A stretch of DNA of 64,000 nucleotides from Planctomycetota bacterium (GTDB lineage Bacteria; Planctomycetota; UBA8108; UBA1146), in assembly GCA_036125855.1 (NCBI GenBank), contig JAYZTT010000009.1:7194-71193 (forward strand). Direction: 5' to 3'. Below, piece after piece: positions 26,487-36,812 of the stretch (its first letter is position 1; each line of letters starts with the position of its first letter). The position numbers were made by a program, and so were the translations under genes. Below the pieces are notes generated by a model. That model saw nothing but the letters and a program-made list of their open reading frames with translations. It searched no databases and was not told the origin of the DNA.

Positions 26487-28010
26487 ATGAAATCTCTGAT
26501 GTTGTCCCTGGCTTGCTGTGTTCTCTGCTGTGGCGTGACTTGCGCCAGCGAGGAATCGCCCCCCAACATCCTGTTTTTCATCGTCGACGATCTCGGCTGG
26601 CAGGACACCTCCCTGCAAATGCACGCCGAAGGGCCGGCTCATCGTAATGCCTACCGAACCCCGCAGCTCGAGCAGCTCGCTGCAGAAGGCATCACCTTTA
26701 CCGATGCTTATGCCTCCTCTCCGGTGTGCACTCCGACGCGCACCAGCGTCATGACCGGACGAACGCCACAACAAAATCGCATCAGTTACTGGATCCTGCA
26801 CAAGGATCGCGACACCGGCTCGGGCCGTGAGGGAACCATGCCACCCCGGTGGAACGTCAATGGATTGCAACCGACGGACGTGACCTTGCCTCGACTGCTG
26901 CAAGCCGGTGGCTACCTGACCATTCACGCCGGGAAGGCACATCTCGGGGCCAAGGGGACCGCAGGAGAAAACCCCAGGAATCTCGGATTTGATATCAATA
27001 TCGGCGGTCACGGCGCCGGCGGGCCCGCCGATTATCGTGGCCATCGAAACTTCGCCAAGGACCCCGCCAGGCCCGGAAACTCGGTCTGGGACATCCCCGG
27101 CCTGGACAAGTACCACGGCCAGCAGATCTACCTGACCGAAGCTCTTGCGCTCGAATCGGTCGCCGCCATCAAGCAGGCCCAGCGCCTCGAGAAACCGTTC
27201 TTCCTGCACTTCTCACCCTATGCCGTTCACGCTCCCATCATCGCCAACCAGCGCTGGCTCGACCACTACTCCCAGCTCCCGAAAAAAGAAGCCGCCTACG
27301 CCACCATGATCGAGACGGTCGACCGAGCTCTGGGGACCCTGCGAAAAGCGCTCGAGGATTTGAAGATTCTCGACAACACCATCATCGTGTTCACCAGTGA
27401 CAATGGGGGCCTGTCGGCTCATGCCCGCGCCGGCACCGCTCATACTCACAATCATCCTCTGGCCAGTGGTAAGGGATCGGCGCTGGAGGGAGGCACCCGG
27501 GTCCCGCTGGTGGTCCGCTGGCCCGGAACCATCGAGGCAGGGCGACGAACCGACACTCCGGTGATCAGTCACGATCACTTTCCCACTCTGCTGGAGATCG
27601 CCGGGATCCAGTGCCCTGGCGACCATGCCGAGACGGTCGAGGGGGTCAGCCTGGTTTCCCTGTTGCGCGGTGATGATGACGCCATCGACCCGCAGCGTCC
27701 GTTGTACTGGCACATGCCACACTTCTGGGGACCGCGGGGACCAGGAATTCAGCCCTTCAGTTCGGTCCGCCGGGGATCCTGGAAGCTGATCTATTACCAC
27801 CATCCGCAGCCGCACCGGGTGCTCTTTGATCTGGACAAGGATCTCGGAGAAAAGAACGACCGCTCGGCGCAAAAGCCGAAGATCGTTGCACAGCTATCGC
27901 AATTACTCGGGGAACATCTGCGCGCGGTCAATGCCGGAATGCCGCAGCGCGATGGCACTCCGATTCCCTATCCTGACCGGATGAAGAAAGCGACCGACAA
28001 GCCGAACTGA
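26487..28010 (+). CDS. Sulfatase (S1, formylglycine-dependent)
   Basis: PNILFFIVDDLG, CTPTR signature, GKAH, FTSDNG, EGGTRVP. Confidence 0.95.
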   Translation: MKSLMLSLACCVLCCGVTCASEESPPNILFFIVDDLGWQDTSLQMHAEGPAHRNAYRTPQLEQLAAEGITFTDAYASSPVCTPTRTSVMTGRTPQQNRISYWILHKDRDTGSGREGTMPPRWNVNGLQPTDVTLPRLLQAGGYLTIHAGKAHLGAKGTAGENPRNLGFDINIGGHGAGGPADYRGHRNFAKDPARPGNSVWDIPGLDKYHGQQIYLTEALALESVAAIKQAQRLEKPFFLHFSPYAVHAPIIANQRWLDHYSQLPKKEAAYATMIETVDRALGTLRKALEDLKILDNTIIVFTSDNGGLSAHARAGTAHTHNHPLASGKGSALEGGTRVPLVVRWPGTIEAGRRTDTPVISHDHFPTLLEIAGIQCPGDHAETVEGVSLVSLLRGDDDAIDPQRPLYWHMPHFWGPRGPGIQPFSSVRRGSWKLIYYHHPQPHRVLFDLDKDLGEKNDRSAQKPKIVAQLSQLLGEHLRAVNAGMPQRDGTPIPYPDRMKKATDKPN

Positions 28011-28017
28011 CGGCGAT

Positions 28018-30057
28018 CTAGCCCTTCGCCTTGGCGAACTCCTTGGCCAGAGCTTGCTGATCGGTCGCAGGGATCGGCGCGTAGTGACTGAATCTCATCG
28101 TGAAGTCACCTTTACCACCCGACAGAGATTTGAGCCGTGAGTGGTAACCCTGAATCTCCTTCAGGGGAGCCTGGCCCGAAACCTCGGTGCGCCCGCCTGC
28201 CATGACGTTGGTTCCCTTGACGGAACCCCGCATCCCGGAGAGATCGCCAGCGACATCACCCATGCAATCCTCTGGAACCGTGATCGCCACGTCAACAATC
28301 GGCTCCATGACGATGGGCTTGGCCTTTTGCACCGCTTCGATGAATGCCTTCTTGCCCGCAGCGACGAAAGCAATCTCTTTCGAGTCGACGGGATGGTGCT
28401 TGCCGTCATAAACGGTGGCTCGCACATCCTGCAATTGATGTCCCGAGACGGGGCCGTGATCGAGTACCTCGCGAATTCCCTTTTCCACCGCAGGGATGTA
28501 CTGGGTCGGGATCGACCCGCCCACTACCTCGTTGACGAACTCGAAGCCGGCTCCACGCTCCAACGGCTCGATCCGCAGATAAACCTCACCGAACTGACCG
28601 GAACCACCCGATTGCTTCTTGTGTCGATGATGACCCTCAGCCTTACCGGTGATCGTTTCGCGATAAGCGATGGAGGGCAATGCCGTTTGCACCTCGACTC
28701 CATACTTTTCAGCAATCTCTTCCAGAGCTACCCGTAGATGCATCTCGCCGACTCCACGGAATACCGTTTCATTCATGACGGCAACATGCTCAACCTTCAG
28801 GGAAGGATCCTCAGCGCACAGGATATTGAGGGCTTCATTGGCTTTCTGAGTTGCGGCCACCGAATCGGCGGTAACAACTCGACCATACATCGGTTCCGGA
28901 AGATGGAAGGATTTCCTGTGAATACTGTCATCCTCGTGCGAGTCATGAAGTACGGCATCAAATATTACTTCTTCCGCGCGAGGGATGGCGCAGATGTCAC
29001 CCGGGATTGCAGAATCTGATTCCTCTTGATCGGCGCCGTTGAGTTTCAACAGGTGACTGACCTTCACTGGTTTCCGAGCCGAACCGACGAAGATCTGACC
29101 ACCTTTCTGGAGAGTCCCCTGATGCGTACGGAAAACAGCCATCCGTCCACGGAAGGGATCGATATCAACCTTGACGACGTGGGCGATGGCATGTTGATCG
29201 GGATCGGTAGTTACCGTGAATTCCTCGCCATCCTCTCCCTCACCCTTGACAAAAACGGGAGGGTTTCCTTCTGCCGGGTTCGGCATCAATTTCTCGAAGA
29301 TCTCGAGCAGTTCGGGGATGCCGGCATCGGTGTTGGCCGATGCAAAACAGATTGGAATCAGGTGACCATCACGAAGTGCTTTCTCGAAGGGAGCGTGAAG
29401 CTGGTCCGGTGAAAGTTCACCTTGCTCCAGATAAACCTCCATCAGATCTTCATCGACTTCGACCACCTGGTCGATGATCTGCTCGTGAGCGGCCTCGACG
29501 CTGCTGAAATCGGTGTCGCTACCCTCGGGGGCAAAGAAACAATCGACGACCTTGGAACCATTATCGGCGGGCAGATTGATCGGCAGACACTGGGATCCAA
29601 AAGAGTTCCTCAGCTGCTCCACAACCTCGGCCAGGTCAACACCAGAAGAATCAATCTTGTTGACGATAATCATGCGGCAGAGATTGCGTTCCTGGGCCGC
29701 TTCCATCATCTGCTGGGTCATCATCTCGACACCGGATTCTGCGTTGACGACGATCGCCACGGTTTCAGCAGCCGGCAACACCGACAGCGCACGCCCCTGG
29801 AAATCGGGGAATCCCGGTGTGTCGATGAGGTTGGCATGGACACCACCGTGGTCAAAGTGGCAGAAGCTGGATTTCAGCGAGTGCTTCAGTTTCTGCTCTC
29901 TCGGATCATAATCGGAAACAGTGTTACCAGCATCGACAGAGCCTTTACTGGCGATTTTTCCCGCGGCATGTAGGAGAGCTTCGGTAAGCATGGTCTTGCC
30001 AGAACCGGCATGTCCGACCAGGACGATATTACGAATTTCATTGGTGGTGTAAGCCAC
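28018..30057 (-). CDS. Elongation factor G-like protein (EF-G2 type)
   Basis: GHAGSGKT, DTPG, NKID, AYRETI, HKKQSGGSGQFG, DGKHHPVDS; lacks the canonical RGITI effector motif. Confidence 0.9.
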   Translation of the reverse strand: MAYTTNEIRNIVLVGHAGSGKTMLTEALLHAAGKIASKGSVDAGNTVSDYDPREQKLKHSLKSSFCHFDHGGVHANLIDTPGFPDFQGRALSVLPAAETVAIVVNAESGVEMMTQQMMEAAQERNLCRMIIVNKIDSSGVDLAEVVEQLRNSFGSQCLPINLPADNGSKVVDCFFAPEGSDTDFSSVEAAHEQIIDQVVEVDEDLMEVYLEQGELSPDQLHAPFEKALRDGHLIPICFASANTDAGIPELLEIFEKLMPNPAEGNPPVFVKGEGEDGEEFTVTTDPDQHAIAHVVKVDIDPFRGRMAVFRTHQGTLQKGGQIFVGSARKPVKVSHLLKLNGADQEESDSAIPGDICAIPRAEEVIFDAVLHDSHEDDSIHRKSFHLPEPMYGRVVTADSVAATQKANEALNILCAEDPSLKVEHVAVMNETVFRGVGEMHLRVALEEIAEKYGVEVQTALPSIAYRETITGKAEGHHRHKKQSGGSGQFGEVYLRIEPLERGAGFEFVNEVVGGSIPTQYIPAVEKGIREVLDHGPVSGHQLQDVRATVYDGKHHPVDSKEIAFVAAGKKAFIEAVQKAKPIVMEPIVDVAITVPEDCMGDVAGDLSGMRGSVKGTNVMAGGRTEVSGQAPLKEIQGYHSRLKSLSGGKGDFTMRFSHYAPIPATDQQALAKEFAKAKG

Positions 30058-30138
30058 GTCTTGAACCTCCCCTATGCTGCAGTGAACCTCGAATCAGCTC
30101 CTGAGTGGAGGCACCGCCTCCATCGGGACGCAACAGAG

Positions 30139-30414
30139 CTACTTCGGGGGCTGAAGGATGCCGGCGTCGATGAGAGTGCGGTAAGCACCCTTTTTCGAGA
30201 TGGTCTTGAGGGCCCGAGTACTGAGGCGCACTCGTACAAAACTATTCAGTTCCGGTACCCAGATACGCTTGCTCTGTAAATTGACCTTGAAACGCCGTTT
30301 GGTGAGACCGGTGATCTTGGTACCCACTCCGCCGAGGTACTTCGCCTTACCGCGAGTCTTCTTACGATTTCCGGATGCAGTTCTGGCTCCGGTGATCTGG
30401 CAGCGACGCGACAT
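30139..30414 (-). CDS. rpmB: 50S ribosomal protein L28
   Basis: MSRRCQITG...GN...TKRRFKVNLQ...WVPE...LSTRALKTI. Confidence 0.96.
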   Translation of the reverse strand: MSRRCQITGARTASGNRKKTRGKAKYLGGVGTKITGLTKRRFKVNLQSKRIWVPELNSFVRVRLSTRALKTISKKGAYRTLIDAGILQPPK

Positions 30415-30908
30415 GATCGTATTCCTGTTCCTACTCGTGGAGAATTTGAACCTTCTCCGACCAGTTGTTGTGATCCAGATGAGAGAGGAACTGACCCAAA
30501 CATCTCACCGAGACCAAGCGAGGAGAGTAACGACGGGGCCCTCGATGGTCAACCAAACCTGCTATCCGGATCGATTCGCAGCATCTCTTGATGGGAGCAC
30601 TTGGAGAATACCTCGACTCTCAGAGCACCCGTGGATGAGAGCGGAAGCGATCCTCAGCTCGATCTCGCCGAATTATCGTAACTCCTATCAGGTGAAAAAG
30701 TTACAGGAAAGTCAGGGGAGATCTCAGGGAATTTCTCGATATATTTAGGGGTGGAGATTGTGCCTGGAGGGCTCCTCTGCGACCACGGGAACGGCATCGA
30801 CATGACCCCTCCTGCACTTTCTCGCTTGATCTGAGAAACTCCCCTCCCTTATCTCTACACCCACCAGAAAATCCCTGACCTCTGGATCCTCCGTTTTCTT
30901 GCGACATC

Positions 30909-32141
30909 ATGCCGGTCCAGTCTGAAGAGGGGAGTGGTATGAACGAAACGTCGGTCCAACACAAATCTGCGAGCTGCTGGTTCCTGGTCGTTCTGGTGAT
31001 TTTTCTCGGTTGCCAGGGAACAACGGGAGCCTGGCTGACCAGTGCTGAAGGAGAAATGGGGCCTGCTGTGAAAAATGGCATCGTGATCGAGCCGTGGGGG
31101 GAAATAGACGGTAAAGCAGTCCATCGATACACCCTCGACAATGGGCGTATGCGGATCCGGATCAGCGACTACGGTGCCACCGTTACAGAGTGCCTGATAC
31201 CGGGGAACAACGGGAAATTTACCGATGTGGTTCTCGGTTTCGATTCGGTCGAGGACTACATCGAACGAAGTCCTTACTTTGGCTGTATCGTCGGTCGCTG
31301 TGCCAATCGCATCGCAGGAGGACGGTTCACCCTCGACGGCACCGAACAGGTGCTCGCGACCAACAACGGTGAGCATCATCTCCACGGTGGCGAAAACGGC
31401 TTCGACAAAAAAATCTGGGAGGCCAAACCGATCAGTACCGATGACGGAATGGGTGTCGAAATGGTACTGACCAGTGCCAGCGGAGAAGAGGGATACCCCG
31501 GAGAAGTGCAAGCAGCTGTCCGTTACATCCTGACCACCGAGGACACGCTACGGGTCGAGATGGCGGCCAGTTCTGATCGCGCAACCCCGGTCAATCTGGC
31601 TCATCATTCCTACTGGAATCTCGCCGGTCATGACTCGGGAACGGTTCTGGATCAGGAACTGACTCTCGCCTGTTCTCGCTACACCCCGGCTCAAAATCTC
31701 ATCCCCACCGGAGAAATCGCTGCGGTCAGCGGAACTCCCCTCGATTTCACCACCGGAAAGAAGATCGGGGCTTCCATCGATCAGCTGCCCGGAGACGGCG
31801 AAGGAGATCCCGGCGGCTTCGATCACAACTTCGTCATCGACGGAAATCCGGGAACACTTCGGTTCGCCGCACGTGCCATCGATCCAGCCAGCGGAACCAC
31901 CATGGAAGTGTGGACCGACCAGCCCGGTATCCAGTTCTACAGCGGCAATTTCCTCGACGGAGTCGCGGGAAAAAACGGCGCCATGTATCACAAACACGGC
32001 GGATTTTGCCTGGAGAGTCAAATCTGGCCCGACGCGATCAACAAGCAAGACAACGACTCATGGCCTTCGGTGGTGCTTCGTCCTGGCGAAATTTACACGC
32101 ATATCATGGAACATAGGTTTGATCTCGGGGGAGGGGCTTAA
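30909..32141 (+). CDS. galM: Aldose 1-epimerase (mutarotase), probably exported
   Basis: DVVLGFD, YFGCIVGRCANRI, HHLHGG, GYPG, NLAHHSYWNL, FDHNF, QFYSGNFL, FCLESQ; start codon uncertain. Confidence 0.92.
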   Translation: MPVQSEEGSGMNETSVQHKSASCWFLVVLVIFLGCQGTTGAWLTSAEGEMGPAVKNGIVIEPWGEIDGKAVHRYTLDNGRMRIRISDYGATVTECLIPGNNGKFTDVVLGFDSVEDYIERSPYFGCIVGRCANRIAGGRFTLDGTEQVLATNNGEHHLHGGENGFDKKIWEAKPISTDDGMGVEMVLTSASGEEGYPGEVQAAVRYILTTEDTLRVEMAASSDRATPVNLAHHSYWNLAGHDSGTVLDQELTLACSRYTPAQNLIPTGEIAAVSGTPLDFTTGKKIGASIDQLPGDGEGDPGGFDHNFVIDGNPGTLRFAARAIDPASGTTMEVWTDQPGIQFYSGNFLDGVAGKNGAMYHKHGGFCLESQIWPDAINKQDNDSWPSVVLRPGEIYTHIMEHRFDLGGGA

Positions 32142-32144
32142 CTC

Positions 32145-32600
32145 TTGGTTCGTTACCTACTGATCGTCTTTGCCTGTGCCAATATCGGATTCGGTGCCTG
32201 GATGATGTTTGATCCCTACGGGGTTCTCAATTGGATGCTGGAATTCCAGGGGAGCGATCGCTACCAGGGCACACTCCAGCCCGCATCCCTCGGCGAGTTT
32301 CGAGCGCTCAGCGGGCTCGTCACAATGCTCGGCGTAATCACCCTGAGAGCGCTCTGGACTCCCATCTACTCCTCGTGGCTGCAACCACTGGCCTGGTGTT
32401 TTCTGGGTGTCTCTCTGGCGCGACTGTCGAGCCTGTTCATCGATGGCTCCTTTTCCATCTATACTTTTGTTGCCGGACTGGTCGAGGCGACTTTTGCGTT
32501 CTTGCTCGGTATCCACTCGCAGAGGATGCAACGGGAACTGGACGAGGAAGAAATTGACGACGAAGAGTATGATGAGGAGTACGAAGAGGAGGCAGCATGA
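32145..32600 (+). CDS. DUF4345-like membrane protein with acidic tail
   Basis: Four TM segments, EFRA, ARLSSLFIDG, E/D-rich C-terminus. Confidence 0.6.
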   Translation: MVRYLLIVFACANIGFGAWMMFDPYGVLNWMLEFQGSDRYQGTLQPASLGEFRALSGLVTMLGVITLRALWTPIYSSWLQPLAWCFLGVSLARLSSLFIDGSFSIYTFVAGLVEATFAFLLGIHSQRMQRELDEEEIDDEEYDEEYEEEAA

Positions 32601-33919
32601 GCAACTCTGGTCGCGACCTGACCCGCCGAGAGATCTTGAAAAAGGGCGCTGCAGCAACGGCGGCCCTCGGTCTTTTTCACATCGTGCCGCCTCATGTTCT
32701 CGGAGGACCTGGAAGAACTCCCCCCAGTGAAAAGATCACTCATGGAGTCATCGGCTGCGGAGGCATCAGCTTCAACAAATCACACCTGCGTTCAAACATT
32801 TTCCCGGATAACCCCGAGACCCTGGCCATCTGCGATGTCGATTCCAAGCGACTCGCCGCTGCTCTCAAGCATGTAGGTCAGGGGTGTACGCCTTACCAGG
32901 ATTGGCGCCGACTCCTCGAAGAGCGCTCCGATATCGATGTCATCCACATCTGTACCCCGCCGCACTGGCACGCTCTGATGACGGTCGCCGCCGCCAGAGC
33001 TGGTTTCGATGTCTGGTGTGAAAAACCGATGAGTCGGACCATTTACGAAGGCATCCGGATGGTTGAGGAAGTCGAGCGTACCGGTGTCATGTTCCGCCTC
33101 AACACCTGGTTCCGTTTTCGCAGCACCCTCTACAGCCTGGGTGCCGATGCACAGTTGCTGAAAAAATTGGTTCTCTCTGGTCGCCTTGGCGGGCCACTTC
33201 GTGTTCGAGTCAGCCCCGATACTGGCTTTGCCTGGAAGATGTTCTGGACCGGCGATCCGGCCCTGCCTACTGCACCGATACCACCCGAACTCGACTACGA
33301 TTCCTGGCTCGGGCCGGCTCCCTACAAGCCCTATACCAAGAAACGTACTCATGGCAACTTCCGCGGCTACTGGGATTATGACGGTGGTGGACTGGCGGAT
33401 ATGGGTCAGCACTATCTCGATCCCGTGCAGTGGATCCTCGACAAGGATCACACATCCCCGACCGAGATTTCTGCCAAGGCTCCGTGGCCCCAACATCCCG
33501 ACGCTTGCGGCAAATGGGGCAAGGTCACGATGAAGTATGACGATGGCACGGAACTCATCCTGGAGTCCCGCGAATGGGGGCCCCTCGATCCGCCGAATCT
33601 TCCCTATCTGGAAGGTCCGAACGGCAAGGTGTTCCGCGGCATGAGGACCGAGCCGGCGGACCTACTCGAAGGACTGGCCGAGTTGCCCAATCCCCCTCAG
33701 GAAGGGTTGACCGATTTTGATGAATCGGTAAAAACCCGCCAGCGGTTCGCGCTGCACGAATCCAATGCGCATCGTTCCTGCACCCTGGTCAATCTGGCGA
33801 ACATCGCCATCCGTACCGGCAGGACCTTGCGATTCGACCCGATCCGTCAAACCTTCCCCGGCGATGATGAAGCCAATCGGATGGTTCGCGAACCGATGCG
33901 AGCCCCTTGGCGCATTTGA
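32597..33919 (+). CDS. Tat-exported Gfo/Idh/MocA oxidoreductase
   Basis: TRREILK twin-arginine signal; GVIGCG, AICDVD, TPPHWH, CEKP, WLGPAP, DMGQH. Confidence 0.93.
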   Translation: MSNSGRDLTRREILKKGAAATAALGLFHIVPPHVLGGPGRTPPSEKITHGVIGCGGISFNKSHLRSNIFPDNPETLAICDVDSKRLAAALKHVGQGCTPYQDWRRLLEERSDIDVIHICTPPHWHALMTVAAARAGFDVWCEKPMSRTIYEGIRMVEEVERTGVMFRLNTWFRFRSTLYSLGADAQLLKKLVLSGRLGGPLRVRVSPDTGFAWKMFWTGDPALPTAPIPPELDYDSWLGPAPYKPYTKKRTHGNFRGYWDYDGGGLADMGQHYLDPVQWILDKDHTSPTEISAKAPWPQHPDACGKWGKVTMKYDDGTELILESREWGPLDPPNLPYLEGPNGKVFRGMRTEPADLLEGLAELPNPPQEGLTDFDESVKTRQRFALHESNAHRSCTLVNLANIAIRTGRTLRFDPIRQTFPGDDEANRMVREPMRAPWRI

Positions 33920-33940
33920 TCGTCTCCAGGTGAAGCACGG

Positions 33941-35566
33941 CTAGCGATTCAGGGGCCAGGGACGGACCTGGGCTCGCAGTGCCCATTGCTGATAGGTCGC
34001 CTGAAGAGCTCTGGTCAGTTGCGGCCTGGTGGCTGCCAGATCGTTCAGTTCGGTTCGATCGGTCACCATGTCGAATAGTTTCCACGGCTGCTTGTGACGC
34101 GCGACCAGCTTCCATCTTCCGAGGCGCATCGCCCGGTTTCCTTCGTGTTCCCAGAAAATCGGGCGGTCGGTGGCCGGTTCTCCGCGCAGTATCGGTAACA
34201 AGCTGATGCCCTCGATCGGCATCAGCGAAACCCCTGCCATCTCTCGAACCGGTTGGGCACCAGCTGCATCGAGACAGGTCGAAACCAGATCGATGACATG
34301 ACCGGGGCCTTCATGAATCACACCCCTGCCTGACAAACCGACCGGCCAGTGCGCGATCAACGGAGAAGCGATTCCTCCTTCATGAACATGGTGCTTGTAG
34401 AGAAGAAATGGCGTGTTGGAGGCGTTCGCCCACGGCAAACCGTAACTCTGATAAGTCACCTCCGGTCCCGGCATCATCTTCGGGTTGTTGCCATTTTTCA
34501 CTTCTCGACCATCCCGGGTCTTCTCCGGAATCGTCAGACTCTTCCAGTTCGAAGTGATCTCCTCGGCACAACCACCATTGTCGGCCAGGAACATCAACAA
34601 GGTGTTCTGCAGACGACCACTCTCCTTCAATGCCTTCACGATTCGACCGATCCCTCGATCGAGTTGTTCGACCTGAGCGGCGTAGACCTCCATCCGCCTC
34701 TCCTGCCACGGATGATTTGGTGTCTGGTCCCAGGCCTTGATCCGAGAATCTCGAGGCGAGAGATCCCAGGCCTCATCGATCAATCCCATTTCACGTAAGC
34801 GTTTGAAGCGCGCTTCTCGCATCGCATCCCACCCGTCTCGATAACGTCCCTCGACCCTCTCGATATCGGCGGGACGAGCGTGGAGCGGCCAGTGAGGAGC
34901 GGTGTAGGACACGTACATGAACATCGGATCTGCGGCTGCCTGTTCGGCATGTTGCTCGATAAATCGCACCGCTTCTTCACTGATGGCATCGGTGTAGTGG
35001 TAGTCACCTTCAGGAGCTGGAAGATAACGGTCCTGGCGGGTCAGGGTGACCGGATCGTAATAGGAACCACCACCATGAATGGTGCCAAAGAAGTGCTGAA
35101 AGCCGCGATCAATCGGCCAGTTGGTACGCTTTTTCGGCTCGATACGTTGCTTCCCCTTACCCTTGTTGCGAGTGACGTGCCACTTGCCTGACATGTAGGT
35201 ATGGTACCCCGCGCCACTCAGGTGTTCGGCGATGGTTGCGGTCTTGCGGGATAGCTCACCTCGATAGCCATCAGATCCGCCGTCGTAATCCATGTGACCG
35301 ACTCCAGCCTGGTGAGCATAGAGACCGGTCAACAGGGAAGCACGCGTCGGACAGCAACGAGCCGTGTTGTAGAACTGGCTCAGTCGAACACCCTCGGCGG
35401 CCAGTGCGTCGAGATGGGGAGTCTTGATCTCGCCGCCATAACAACCGATATCAGACCAACCCATGTCATCGGCCATGATGATGATGAGGTCGGGACGTGG
35501 CGAATCTCCGTACCCAGCAGAAGCAACCACAGAAAGAACCATGACGACGACCACTCGAAATAACAT
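33941..35566 (-). CDS. Arylsulfatase (S1 family)
   Basis: ADDMGWSD, CCPTRASLLTG, GKWH, APHWPL, FLADNG, HEGG. Confidence 0.95.
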   Translation of the reverse strand: MLFRVVVVMVLSVVASAGYGDSPRPDLIIIMADDMGWSDIGCYGGEIKTPHLDALAAEGVRLSQFYNTARCCPTRASLLTGLYAHQAGVGHMDYDGGSDGYRGELSRKTATIAEHLSGAGYHTYMSGKWHVTRNKGKGKQRIEPKKRTNWPIDRGFQHFFGTIHGGGSYYDPVTLTRQDRYLPAPEGDYHYTDAISEEAVRFIEQHAEQAAADPMFMYVSYTAPHWPLHARPADIERVEGRYRDGWDAMREARFKRLREMGLIDEAWDLSPRDSRIKAWDQTPNHPWQERRMEVYAAQVEQLDRGIGRIVKALKESGRLQNTLLMFLADNGGCAEEITSNWKSLTIPEKTRDGREVKNGNNPKMMPGPEVTYQSYGLPWANASNTPFLLYKHHVHEGGIASPLIAHWPVGLSGRGVIHEGPGHVIDLVSTCLDAAGAQPVREMAGVSLMPIEGISLLPILRGEPATDRPIFWEHEGNRAMRLGRWKLVARHKQPWKLFDMVTDRTELNDLAATRPQLTRALQATYQQWALRAQVRPWPLNR

Positions 35567-35588
35567 CAGACCTCCTCTTGTGCCTCGA

Positions 35589-36779
35589 TCATCCCCGAGC
35601 GATCACCTGTTCGATACGGCCAAGTGCCTCATCGAGAATTTCCTCCGTGGTGGCGAAGGAGATTCTCAGATGACCCTCGGCAGCGGGCCCAAACCACTCG
35701 CTCAAACCGGGAACCACGGCGACTCGCGCCTGATCGAGCAGCTTCTGGGCAAGTTCCTGTTCACCGAGGCCGGTCTGTCGGATATCCGGATACAACAGAT
35801 AGGTCCCCTCCGGCGCAGTGCAGGAAAAACCCGCCAGAGCATCGAGGCGCGGAACCGCCATCGCACGCATCATTCGTAGATGATCAAGAAATCCCGCCAG
35901 CCATCGATCGCAGTGCAAGATTGCCGCCTCCGCGGCGATCTGAGACAGCACCGAGGCACCAAAGGTGGTACGGGGAGCTCCCGAGGCGGCCAGAATCTTG
36001 CGGTGCAGGGACTCGTTTCCACTATGGATATAACCGATGCGCAAGCCGGCCAATCCATAGCTCTTGGAGAATCCGGAGATGGTGATGGTACGCTCGGCAA
36101 TCGGCCCGGAAAGGGCCGCGAGACTGGTCATTTCGACCGTGCCGAGGATGATGTCTGACCACACCTCATCATTGATGATGACGAGGTCATGTTCGATGGC
36201 GACTTCACCGATCCGAAGCAACTCATCTGTTCGCAGTACTCGACCGGTAGGGTTATGCGGATTGCAGACCAGGATCGCTCTGGTTCGATCGGTAATCCGC
36301 TGTTCCAGTGCCCCTTCAGGAATCGCCCCGCTGTCTCGCTCAAGGGGGCAACGCACCACCGTGGCGCCAGCTCGTTCAGAACAGTGAGGCAACAAGAAAT
36401 CGACCGGATCAAATGTCAGGGCCTCATCACCGGGAGACAGGACCGCCTGACAGGCTGCCCACAGTGCCGAGGCAGCTCCGTCGGTGGCGAGGACTCGATC
36501 GGCTTCAGCTGTCACCCCACGAGACTTCAGCCTGTTGGCTACCGCCTGACGAAAGCCACTGAATCCTTCCGTCGGGCCGTACCCGAGAACACCATCCGCG
36601 GTGTAGTCCCTGACCGCCTCGCGAATTTTTGGAGCCACCGAAAAATCAGGATCAGCCGCGGTCAGGGGAATCACATCGTCATCGACGGTTGCCCAGCGTA
36701 AATTGAAAGCGCGCTGTCGAAGTAGTTCCTGATCGATGTGAAATCGATCGAAATCTTCGGCGTGAGAGTTTGCGGGCAC
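35589..36779 (-). CDS. PLP-dependent aminotransferase class I/II (MalY/PatB-like C-S lyase possible)
   Basis: DVIPLTAADPDF, CNPHNPTG, NDEVW, SKSYGLAGLRIG, PEGTY, LRISFA. Confidence 0.9.
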   Translation of the reverse strand: MPANSHAEDFDRFHIDQELLRQRAFNLRWATVDDDVIPLTAADPDFSVAPKIREAVRDYTADGVLGYGPTEGFSGFRQAVANRLKSRGVTAEADRVLATDGAASALWAACQAVLSPGDEALTFDPVDFLLPHCSERAGATVVRCPLERDSGAIPEGALEQRITDRTRAILVCNPHNPTGRVLRTDELLRIGEVAIEHDLVIINDEVWSDIILGTVEMTSLAALSGPIAERTITISGFSKSYGLAGLRIGYIHSGNESLHRKILAASGAPRTTFGASVLSQIAAEAAILHCDRWLAGFLDHLRMMRAMAVPRLDALAGFSCTAPEGTYLLYPDIRQTGLGEQELAQKLLDQARVAVVPGLSEWFGPAAEGHLRISFATTEEILDEALGRIEQVIARG

Positions 36780-36812
36780 GGATCTGTTCTCCTGTATTCC
36801 CGGTCCAGGCCA

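Noticed and set aside
26103-27209. Long antisense ORFs (for example 368 aa here, 299 aa at 2833-3732, 302 aa at 48679-49587)
   Set aside because: Shadow frames opposite well-supported genes, expected in high-GC DNA
30415-30908. Long rpmB-galM intergenic region as an ncRNA or tRNA
   Set aside because: No cloverleaf or recognisable conserved RNA motif seen; an Rfam scan would be needed
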